In this document: positions 55,842 to 64,000 of the stretch, in pieces
Layout: the number at the start of each line of letters is the position of its first letter
How positions within the stretch are numbered: the first letter of the stretch is position 1
From: Candidatus Heimdallarchaeota archaeon
GTDB taxonomy: Archaea > Asgardarchaeota > Heimdallarchaeia > Heimdallarchaeales > Heimdallarchaeaceae
Length of the DNA stretch: 64,000 bases
Reading direction: 5' to 3'
Assembly: GCA_018238545.1 (NCBI GenBank)
Contig: JABCTC010000005.1
Location: forward strand, 1 to 64,000
Notes under the pieces: generated by a model
Told to the model about the DNA's origin: nothing
Databases searched by the model: none
What the model saw: only the letters and a program-made list of their open reading frames with translations
Position numbers and translations under genes: made by a program

Positions 55842-58049
55842 TTGAAAAGTATGAAACTATCTCGGAAATCCATATTCCTTTTAGTTATTGTCCTTGAAAT
55901 ATCAGGGCTTATAGTGGTAAGTGGGCTTACTATAAACTCCAAATTGAACGATTCATCGAATATTCAAGCTCAAGCTGAAGATTTGACAGTGACCATTGAA
56001 AAAGATCAGTTCTATTTCAAAAATGACACCGTAAAATCAAACGCCTACATCTATTGGGCAGAACTTGAAGGTGGTAAGTTAACTATTTATGGAAACACTT
56101 CAGACATGTACCAAATAGAATTTTGGGATGGTATAGGCAACCTTACTCAAAAAACAGAAGAACAAAATGGCGATTATGAGATTTTTCCAGACAGGATAGT
56201 TATTACTATTCGCACAACAGAGTTGTATTATCAGATACGAAGTAATTATTATCCAGATTATTTTCTTGATACAAATTTCATAGTTATTTTTGATACATTC
56301 TGGGCTCAATTCAGCTATTTGACTCCAGAGGGAGAGGAGAGATATGCGCCAGTAAATTATCATAATAGGCAATTACTTCCAGAAGGGGCTGGAATAGTAA
56401 GCTATGCCCCAACAGATGGAGCTATTATCGTAAAGGAAGGAAATTCATTTGGCATAGTTTGGGAATATTCTGAAAGAGCTATGGACCCTTTCCATGAACC
56501 ATTAACTTATGAAATAACATATAATTTTGATCCAATCTATCTGCAGTTTACAGAGCAGATGTTTAATAATCAACAGCAGCAACAAGAGAAAGAACAAATT
56601 GATAATTTGCTAGATTTATTAAAAACATATTTCAAATTAATAACTTATTTTGCTATAGTTTTAAGTGTTATAGCTGCACTTCTTGGTTATTTAAGAGCAA
56701 AAAGGAAATTTAAATCACGATTAAATGAAGCACGAAATATGCCAAAAAAAATGCTGAAAGACATCGAAAAAGAGACCGATACCGGCAAAAGGGTTTCTTC
56801 AATGTTCAGTGTTCTTTTCTTGGTATTAATTCTCTCTTCAGCACTTCATCAAGGAGATAATTTGACAGAGGCTCAAGATGTATCATATCTAGCTAATAAT
56901 AGACAAATTACAATAGATGACTATTCTGAACTAGAGGCTTCTAGTGAGAATATTTTATACGACACTTCCATTGATTTAGGTAAAGATGGCATTGCGTATG
57001 AAACGGTGACAATAGAACTCCCGTACACTATAGATAATTTCAGTATCTGGGTTGATACAACAACAGTACTTGATTTTAGAGCTTACAACAGCTTAGGAGC
57101 ACCAATATCTTATCAAGAATTTACTGATCATTTTCTTATAAGAAATGTTCAAGGATATGTTAAATATGAGATAGTGAAACCTTACATTTACTATAACAAT
57201 AGCAATATTCTAGTGTATATAGATTATTTTTGGTTACTTTTCGTAGACGAAGAAGCAGAGGAGGAAGATATAGGATACTTGAAAGCAGATATAGATTTCA
57301 CTATAGTAGTTCCTGATGGAGCGATACTATATAGTGCATCTCCAGAAGATATTTTGACTCTATCTCAAACTCCAGAGGGGAGAAGAAAAGTATCATTCTC
57401 TGATACAGATAGACAAATCGATCCTTATCATGAACTTTTCTCAACACAAGTGACTTTCTCCTATATAGATGTGATAGAAGCTATAGAAAACCAATCAGCA
57501 AGATTCGAGCATTTCCAAGTCGATATAGAACTGACAACTGAGCAGATAATAGAGTTTACTAGAAATTTGATCTTCATAAGTTTATTAGGTTTAATTGCAC
57601 CTATACTATCATTTCTCTTAACATACTTCATAATGAGAAGAAGGATGATGCGTAAAATCAAAGAAGAGGAACAAAAACATGAGATGCTTATATCGGTCGA
57701 GGAAATTCAACTAAGGGCAATGAAAGATGCGCTAAAAATAGATATTTCAAAAGAACCTTGGAAAGCAATGCTTGGAGAATATTGGGAATTATTGTCCTAT
57801 CTTAGCAGATTTACACCTGTTAATATGCTAGGATTAAATGAAGAGATACATGAAAAGACTGTTCGCAAGTATCTTCCTTCAATGTTAATATCAGAAACCT
57901 TAGAATTATTATCTGTTGGAAAAGCCCTTTCAGATAATTGGAAGAACGAAGAACAAATACACTATACAAGACACCAAGCTCGAGATTACCTTGAATCAGT
58001 GATGAAATTGATTGAGAAAACAGAAAAATGGAGAAAAGAGAATTCATGA
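55842..58049 (+). CDS. Membrane protein with two internally duplicated extracellular domains
   Basis: LLPEGAGIVSYAP...DPFHE versus VVPDGAILYSASP...DPYHE, each followed by a coiled coil and TM. Confidence 0.8.
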   Translation: MKSMKLSRKSIFLLVIVLEISGLIVVSGLTINSKLNDSSNIQAQAEDLTVTIEKDQFYFKNDTVKSNAYIYWAELEGGKLTIYGNTSDMYQIEFWDGIGNLTQKTEEQNGDYEIFPDRIVITIRTTELYYQIRSNYYPDYFLDTNFIVIFDTFWAQFSYLTPEGEERYAPVNYHNRQLLPEGAGIVSYAPTDGAIIVKEGNSFGIVWEYSERAMDPFHEPLTYEITYNFDPIYLQFTEQMFNNQQQQQEKEQIDNLLDLLKTYFKLITYFAIVLSVIAALLGYLRAKRKFKSRLNEARNMPKKMLKDIEKETDTGKRVSSMFSVLFLVLILSSALHQGDNLTEAQDVSYLANNRQITIDDYSELEASSENILYDTSIDLGKDGIAYETVTIELPYTIDNFSIWVDTTTVLDFRAYNSLGAPISYQEFTDHFLIRNVQGYVKYEIVKPYIYYNNSNILVYIDYFWLLFVDEEAEEEDIGYLKADIDFTIVVPDGAILYSASPEDILTLSQTPEGRRKVSFSDTDRQIDPYHELFSTQVTFSYIDVIEAIENQSARFEHFQVDIELTTEQIIEFTRNLIFISLLGLIAPILSFLLTYFIMRRRMMRKIKEEEQKHEMLISVEEIQLRAMKDALKIDISKEPWKAMLGEYWELLSYLSRFTPVNMLGLNEEIHEKTVRKYLPSMLISETLELLSVGKALSDNWKNEEQIHYTRHQARDYLESVMKLIEKTEKWRKENS

Positions 58050-58765
58050 AAAAAGTTAGCAAAATTATAGTTTTTATTTTACTTATAAGCATACTAGCTT
58101 TAGATTTTACAAGTTATGTTTCAATAAGTCAAGAGTCAGTATATACATCACCAAAGGAGACATTGGAAATCAATGGAGATACAAATTTCACTGTATATTC
58201 AACAGCACCTTTAACTTGGGAGTCAAACAGTCAGACAAATTATACAGTTTACTTTAATTCCACTGGCGTGCCCCTAGGTGAAAATATTACTCTTGTAAGT
58301 GTCGCAATTTACTATAATATTCCTGATAATCCCCACAGACAACAAGCTCGTATTCTTACTCCTCAAGTTAATCTAACAGGTGTTAACCAACAATATGAAA
58401 TATTGAGTTCTCTACGACCTCCCTCAGATGCAGATGAGTTTAACATAACAATTGAAATCGTTGCTAGAAGCACATCTGAACCTGAAAACAAATTATTCGA
58501 AACACAATTCCCAGGGGATGGAATATATATTGATATTAAAACGGACTTGGTTCTACCTGTAATAAATCTTCCAGGATTCCCAAATATCGAAACTTTTGCA
58601 AGGTGGATTTTCATTTTTGCAGTTGCTTTTGTAATAATCTCCTTACCAGCAATTTTCGTTGTTTCTTTCAAAATCCAAGATTTTGTGAAAACACGTAAAA
58701 AAAGTGGAAAGAAGGAGAGAACCAAAACGAGAAAAAGTAAAAGAGAAGGAGGAAAGAAAAAATGA
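58046..58765 (+). CDS. Single-pass cell-surface protein
   Basis: Signal peptide, ectodomain with many N-x-S/T sequons, TM, very basic tail; ATGA overlaps. Confidence 0.78.
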   Translation: MKKVSKIIVFILLISILALDFTSYVSISQESVYTSPKETLEINGDTNFTVYSTAPLTWESNSQTNYTVYFNSTGVPLGENITLVSVAIYYNIPDNPHRQQARILTPQVNLTGVNQQYEILSSLRPPSDADEFNITIEIVARSTSEPENKLFETQFPGDGIYIDIKTDLVLPVINLPGFPNIETFARWIFIFAVAFVIISLPAIFVVSFKIQDFVKTRKKSGKKERTKTRKSKREGGKKK

Positions 58766-60354
58766 GCTCTAAGGAAACCACCACACCACTTGAAAGATCA
58801 ATGAAAAAAATGGATATTTTAATGAGATCCTTTGGAATGCGCACTAGAATCTTCAAAGGAAGAACTCGAGCAGTTGTAAAGGGAACTAGAAAGGTTTATC
58901 CTTACGAGTTAAATGCCACTATCGTTGAAACTGCAAGAGGGGTCGGAATCAGAGTTAAACTAGAAAGAACTTGGTATACTTTTCTCAAACTAATACCATT
59001 TTCGATAATTCTAATATTCTCATTATTGCAGTATTTTGTACCATCTGCGGGACAAGTGATTGCAGATGCTACAGGTGTTAATCTTTTTCTACTTATTTTA
59101 GGACCGACGCCAAACCCTATTGGACTCTGGGTTATTCTACCAATAATTGGCATTGTAATAGTTGGATCCGAGATTCTGGAACGGATAATAAGAGCTAGAT
59201 ACATCCAAAATAGAATGCCTCGTTTCTTAAGCGGAGCAGAATGGATGGTTGCTGAACCACCTGTTGCACTCGATATAGTAAGTTCATCCAATAACTTAAT
59301 TTGGTTAATGTATGTGATACTTATTATCATTTTTGCACCCTTATCCTTCCATGAAGAAATCTATGCAAAATTTCTAGAGGTTTATCAAGTTGAATCAGCT
59401 GCTTTGCGAAGCACAACACTGCTTATCTCTGTATTAGATGTAGCACTTGTATCTGGAATCATGTTTGCTATTCTTTATCAGAATTATGAGAAATTTAGAG
59501 GAAGTTTAGACAGGCAGCAAATGAGACATGACATTAAGCTTGAAGGTCAAACACGACAAATGTTCCAAGTTGTTCTAGGAGCAATATTCCTCGCAACACT
59601 TGAAATATCATTATTCTATTTCGCTTTCTGGTCTGCAATTACAGTAGTACAGGTTTTAATGTTCTATGGGATAACTATAGCTTCAAGTGTACTAGGTTGT
59701 TGGTTGTACTGGCAAAAGGAGAGTTACAACTTTATTGCAATGGCTATCTGGTTCTTTCTAATAGATGTTATAATGATATTCCTTAATGCGGACGATTCTT
59801 CCTACTCTTGGATGATTATTTGTCACCTATTCCTCATACTCCTAATAGCTATTCTTTCAATGAATAGGCATTTTGAGCAATATCTAGAGAAAAAGGGTGT
59901 GTATGAACCTAGTTGGATTTTCAATCCCTTACCAATATTTTCTTTTATCGCTGTATTTCTAAAGAAAAAGGTTAGGGGGGTTAAAGGAGTAGAAAAGGAT
60001 CTAGATGAAATCTTAGACGAAGAAATGAAAGATAGAGTGAAGGAAAAAGAACCTCTATTCATTGATATAGGAAAAGTACGAATCAAAGGTAAAGAAGCTG
60101 TTAAAATCATTGAATATTATGAAAGATTAACTTCAAGAATAGTTAAAGGTGAGTTAAACATACTTTCTCTCACTGCTCTCGATGATCAAATCAAAGAGAT
60201 TGTCAAATCTGACAAAAATCTAATGAAAGAAGCTGACCTGTTTTTCTCTACTGTTGACAGTCTCCTATGGCATGATGATTATAAACTCAAAGATGGTGAA
60301 AAGGTTCTCAAAATTGGAGAGAAACTGTATAATGAAATAATTAAAACAAGGTGA
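58762..60354 (+). CDS. Polytopic membrane protein of the MoxR operon
   Basis: About 8 hydrophobic segments; ATGA coupling. Confidence 0.78.
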   Translation: MSSKETTTPLERSMKKMDILMRSFGMRTRIFKGRTRAVVKGTRKVYPYELNATIVETARGVGIRVKLERTWYTFLKLIPFSIILIFSLLQYFVPSAGQVIADATGVNLFLLILGPTPNPIGLWVILPIIGIVIVGSEILERIIRARYIQNRMPRFLSGAEWMVAEPPVALDIVSSSNNLIWLMYVILIIIFAPLSFHEEIYAKFLEVYQVESAALRSTTLLISVLDVALVSGIMFAILYQNYEKFRGSLDRQQMRHDIKLEGQTRQMFQVVLGAIFLATLEISLFYFAFWSAITVVQVLMFYGITIASSVLGCWLYWQKESYNFIAMAIWFFLIDVIMIFLNADDSSYSWMIICHLFLILLIAILSMNRHFEQYLEKKGVYEPSWIFNPLPIFSFIAVFLKKKVRGVKGVEKDLDEILDEEMKDRVKEKEPLFIDIGKVRIKGKEAVKIIEYYERLTSRIVKGELNILSLTALDDQIKEIVKSDKNLMKEADLFFSTVDSLLWHDDYKLKDGEKVLKIGEKLYNEIIKTR

Positions 60355-60358
60355 GAAT

Positions 60359-61297
60359 TTGACTGTAGTGGATGAAAAAAAGACTGTGCGAGAAGAAAAG
60401 GGTAAAATAAAAATACCTCTCAAAAAGATTAAGAGATTGGAAATCTTAGCTAAAGAGAGGTCCACAAGTTTTCTTCAAGGACATCGTAGATCCATTTTCA
60501 GAGGGCCAGGAACCGAGTATGCTGATCTAAGAGAGTATAACGAGGGAGACGACTTGAGGTTCATTGATTGGAATGCATCATCACGTGTTCCATTCAAATT
60601 GATTGTGAGAGATTATGAACAAGAGAGAAACACTAACATAATCATGATGATGGATACTAGTCATTCCATGCTACTGGGAGAACCAATCCCAAGAATAAAG
60701 ATGGCTGTTGAATCCATTGCTACACTTGCTTACACAGTAATGAATAACAGAGATAAATTTGGGTGGGCATCTTTTTCTGATAAAGTACACAACTATATTC
60801 CACCAAGAGGAGGAAAAACTCATCTCTATCATGTATTCAATGAAATGCTGAAAATTGCTCCTCATGGAACAACTAATATCGGAGAGACAGTAAGAGAGAT
60901 TGCACTTTCACAGAAAAGGAGATCTATCATAATCATTCTAACTGATTTGCATAGTGATTTAGAAGGGGCATTAGATGGCTTCAAGATTGCAAAAGCAAAA
61001 AGACATGAGTTAAAGCTCATACACATTCATGATCCAGAAGAATTCTTATTTCCAAAACAACCTAGGCAGATTAAATTCCAAGATCCAGATACTGAGGAGA
61101 TACAAGTGATTAACTTCAGTAATCTTCTCGAACGAGGTAAATTTATGTTTGAACTTGGTTTGCAAATTAATAAGATTAATGACTTTAAACGAAGTATAAG
61201 AGGACTCAATATTGATGTTATTGATGCACCTACAACAATCTTAACTGAAAAGCTGTTATTGGCTTATTTCGGAACTAAAAGAAGGAGCCTTATGTAA
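60359..61297 (+). CDS. DUF58 (vWA-like) MoxR partner protein
   Basis: G..RS..RG.G.EYADLREY..GDDLRFIDWNASSR, MIDAS-like DTSHSM, IILTD. Confidence 0.93.
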   Translation: MTVVDEKKTVREEKGKIKIPLKKIKRLEILAKERSTSFLQGHRRSIFRGPGTEYADLREYNEGDDLRFIDWNASSRVPFKLIVRDYEQERNTNIIMMMDTSHSMLLGEPIPRIKMAVESIATLAYTVMNNRDKFGWASFSDKVHNYIPPRGGKTHLYHVFNEMLKIAPHGTTNIGETVREIALSQKRRSIIIILTDLHSDLEGALDGFKIAKAKRHELKLIHIHDPEEFLFPKQPRQIKFQDPDTEEIQVINFSNLLERGKFMFELGLQINKINDFKRSIRGLNIDVIDAPTTILTEKLLLAYFGTKRRSLM

Positions 61298-63159
61298 TGA
61301 AGAACATTAAGATATCTACAATATTTATAATTTTCTTGTTCTTATTCAGTTCAAGCACTCTGTCAATTATTGAAACTACAAGCATCGTTATAGCAGGTAG
61401 TTCAAGTTCAGGAGACATTCCACCTCCAAGTGGTTCTGGCGGTGATACGGGAGGAGGAGGAGCTGCTGGAGGATTATATCTCAACTACAGAATCCCATTA
61501 CTGTTTCGCTCTGGTCCCTATGGTCCTTCGTTAATTGCAATAAATTCTATAGAAAATGAAACATTAGTTATTTTCGAATTCAATAACACAAGATTTCCAG
61601 ATTACACTGCAGTGATAAATGTAGGTGAAACCTTAATTCTAGATCCTTCAAAAATACCAGAACTCAGAAATGGTTCACTTATTCAAGCTTTTACCCCGCT
61701 TCAAATTACTGTTTTTCATCAATCTAATTCGCCCGGATTTGATGATACATATTCCTACTCTCCGTTAGTGATGCAAATGTGGGGAAGAATTTACCAATCA
61801 GTTTACGATGATATGCGTGCTATCATTGTTGCAGGATATAATAACACAGAAATTGAAATTAGAACTCCTGGAAAAGAATCAGAATATATTGACATACCTT
61901 TAATTGGTCAAACTACAAATATCACTGTTTCTAAGGATACGATTATTGAAGCAAATGGTCCAATAGGAGTGGTTTTTTACTCTCTATCTAGCACCACTGG
62001 TTCTTTTACTTTTACAGGCATACCCCACTTTCTCTGGGGAACTGAATACTTCGTTTACAGTAGACCAGCAAATGACACTTTACCTCTACTTGAAGGGGAC
62101 ATAGAACTGTCAATATCAGCTGTAGGATTAGGGGAGAAGATACACGCTATTACAAATCTCAATGATGATCATCTTGTAGATATTCCAGATAATGAATCAG
62201 TTTTAGTTCCAAATAGTAATCTAGATCCCGGAGAATACTATCACAACTTTGTGAGTCTTACTACATATTTTTCACTAACAGCTTTGTATAATTATACATA
62301 TAATGGAGTAGCTCACAAATCAGCTATTGGATATATTTCGGTCGAAAATATGAAATACGCAGAACTATTCTACACAAAATTCGCTTATAATAACAGCGAA
62401 CTTAAATCTGTTATCTTAACAGATGCAACACCAGTATATCCTCTAGTTATTCTTGGAATGGACATATACCTTGACATCGAAAATTATATCGAATTAAACA
62501 AAGGGGATTACTTCTCGTATAGTGGACATGAGTATTTAGGTGTTTTTGGAAACGGATCAGTCTATTCTTTTGTAGAAACATCTACCCCCGAAACAATCAA
62601 CTGGAATAGTTCCACAAACATTCTTTATCCACTTAATTTATTCTCATATAAGTATAGTACATCAACTTATTTCCCCTCCTGGTACAGATTCCCCAACATA
62701 AATGTAAAAGAAGTGTTGATTAGTCCTAAAATTCCTACAGAATTCCGTAGATTACAGTTAGATATTTTTGTTCAAAACAACGGTTCAATTCCTTCTGCTC
62801 CGTTTTGGGTAACTGTTTATGTTAATGATTCACTAAAAATCAATACAAAACTGGATGGTATAGATATTAATCAGAGTATCCCTGTAACATATGAAGAATT
62901 CCAAAGCTTTGGTTTAAAAATTCTAAATGTTTCAATATTCACGGATTCTCAAAACCAAATATTTGAACTCGCAGAATTTGACAACTCGCTTCAATTCTTT
63001 ATTGAAATTAAGCGTAATTGGAACATAATTTATACAGGGGTTGCCATAGCAGTCGCAGTAGTAGGGTTTGTTGTATACATTATTACAAAAAAAATAGTAA
63101 AACAACGTAAAAAGAACAAATCTCGATTCGATGTTATTCTCAGTGATATTGAGGTCTGA
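61297..63159 (+). CDS. Cell-surface protein (IgGFc-binding-like N-terminal repeats, CARDB/Ig-like domain, C-terminal TM)
   Basis: Signal peptide, Gly/Pro linker, WG..Y repeats, VQNNGS....F.V..Y.N, DSQNQIFE..E.DN, TM plus basic tail. Confidence 0.75.
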   Translation: MKNIKISTIFIIFLFLFSSSTLSIIETTSIVIAGSSSSGDIPPPSGSGGDTGGGGAAGGLYLNYRIPLLFRSGPYGPSLIAINSIENETLVIFEFNNTRFPDYTAVINVGETLILDPSKIPELRNGSLIQAFTPLQITVFHQSNSPGFDDTYSYSPLVMQMWGRIYQSVYDDMRAIIVAGYNNTEIEIRTPGKESEYIDIPLIGQTTNITVSKDTIIEANGPIGVVFYSLSSTTGSFTFTGIPHFLWGTEYFVYSRPANDTLPLLEGDIELSISAVGLGEKIHAITNLNDDHLVDIPDNESVLVPNSNLDPGEYYHNFVSLTTYFSLTALYNYTYNGVAHKSAIGYISVENMKYAELFYTKFAYNNSELKSVILTDATPVYPLVILGMDIYLDIENYIELNKGDYFSYSGHEYLGVFGNGSVYSFVETSTPETINWNSSTNILYPLNLFSYKYSTSTYFPSWYRFPNINVKEVLISPKIPTEFRRLQLDIFVQNNGSIPSAPFWVTVYVNDSLKINTKLDGIDINQSIPVTYEEFQSFGLKILNVSIFTDSQNQIFELAEFDNSLQFFIEIKRNWNIIYTGVAIAVAVVGFVVYIITKKIVKQRKKNKSRFDVILSDIEV

Positions 63160-63163
63160 AAAA

Positions 63164-64000
63164 ATGGTTGCCAATCTAGAAGATAATCAAATTAAGAAAC
63201 GTAAAGAAAACGAGAAAGAAGAGTTTACGCCCCTTAGCGTGATATTAGCTAGGGATCTTATTTTCATGGATTGGACTGTTCAATTTGGAGGACAGATATT
63301 AGGATTGATAGTTGGTGTGCTCTTAGGTTTTCTATTTGGTGCAAATATGGGCGCTTTGTTTGGTTTTGGTGACTCAGATACCATCGATTTTTCAGCTTAC
63401 CTTGCAATACAGATAGGAACAATAATTGCTGTTCTAGTTTTAAGTGTTTTTTATATTCAGAAGATGGGTATTAAAATTAATTCACCAAAGAAGATAGCAA
63501 GAAACAAACTTAATATAGCAAAAATATCTTTCTTTGGTCTTTCTTTCATCTTTGCTCTAGCTTTACTATATAACTCTGTCCTCGTTCCTGCAGTTCATAA
63601 AGTTGCAGGGATATTAGTTGAACCAGGAGTCCCAGAACCTGGCACAGAACCAACACAGGGAGTTTATGTTGATTTTAAAACCACCAATCAATATATTTTT
63701 CTTTTAGTAACAATAATGTTAGCAGTTGCAGTTTTTGCTTTGCTTTTTGCTGGCATCATGTATGCGATCAACGTCAAAGTTAATACAAAAATAGGTGTCG
63801 CAATCGGCTCATCAACAATTTTGTTAACCTTCTATCTACTTTCTCAAGGTTCAATTCAGTCTTACATATTAGAAGCATTTTCTACGAAATCATATTCTTT
63901 ACTTTTAGTTTTTCTTACTGATTTCTTCTATTATTTGCTAGTCGCATTTATCACAATATTGGCTTATCACTTAAGTAGAAGGATTGAACTTTCAGTTCTT
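63164..64000 (+). CDS. Polytopic membrane protein, truncated at the window end
   Basis: Open frame from ATG 63164 (MVANLEDNQIKK...) to the end of the window with about 7 hydrophobic segments; not in the ORF track. Confidence 0.75.
   Translation, partial: MVANLEDNQIKKRKENEKEEFTPLSVILARDLIFMDWTVQFGGQILGLIVGVLLGFLFGANMGALFGFGDSDTIDFSAYLAIQIGTIIAVLVLSVFYIQKMGIKINSPKKIARNKLNIAKISFFGLSFIFALALLYNSVLVPAVHKVAGILVEPGVPEPGTEPTQGVYVDFKTTNQYIFLLVTIMLAVAVFALLFAGIMYAINVKVNTKIGVAIGSSTILLTFYLLSQGSIQSYILEAFSTKSYSLLLVFLTDFFYYLLVAFITILAYHLSRRIELSVL

Noticed and set aside
263-63174. Numerous 60-175 aa antisense or overlapping ORFs in the track (e.g. 11906-12433, 33087-33503, 51990-52430, 58902-59330)
   Set aside because: They overlap well-supported genes and have the Ser/Phe/Ile-rich composition typical of antisense shadows.

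Overview
This is an AT-rich archaeal chromosomal segment, most likely from an Asgard archaeon (Heimdallarchaeia-like). That assignment is inferred from an intron-containing C1:G72 tRNA-Tyr, a eukaryote-length Rpb5/RpoH, a divergent Ras/Rab-like GTPase, a TPR protein with a longin-like tail, and oapABC homologues. Most of the ~65 genes are housekeeping or metabolic: F420 genes cofC/cofD, PlsY, class I FBPase plus class II aldolase, xth, acyl-CoA dehydrogenase, two arsenic modules and a MoxR/DUF58 membrane operon. The most interesting locus is a three-gene operon at 41469-45233. It encodes a single-pass membrane protein ending in GGGGG-(CA)6-GGGR, translationally coupled to a PqqD/RRE-radical SAM-SPASM enzyme, followed by a SAM methyltransferase. 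This may be a RiPP-like system that modifies a membrane protein's Cys tail rather than a short peptide. Two TnpB elements are also unusual. One is an IS607 element with a dead tnpA and an intact, oversized 647-aa TnpB-like gene whose RuvC-III Asp appears to be replaced by His. The other is a solo TnpB with a rearranged RuvC site, flanked by inverted end repeats. No CRISPR array or rRNA was seen. All family assignments are by motif recognition only; no searches were run.
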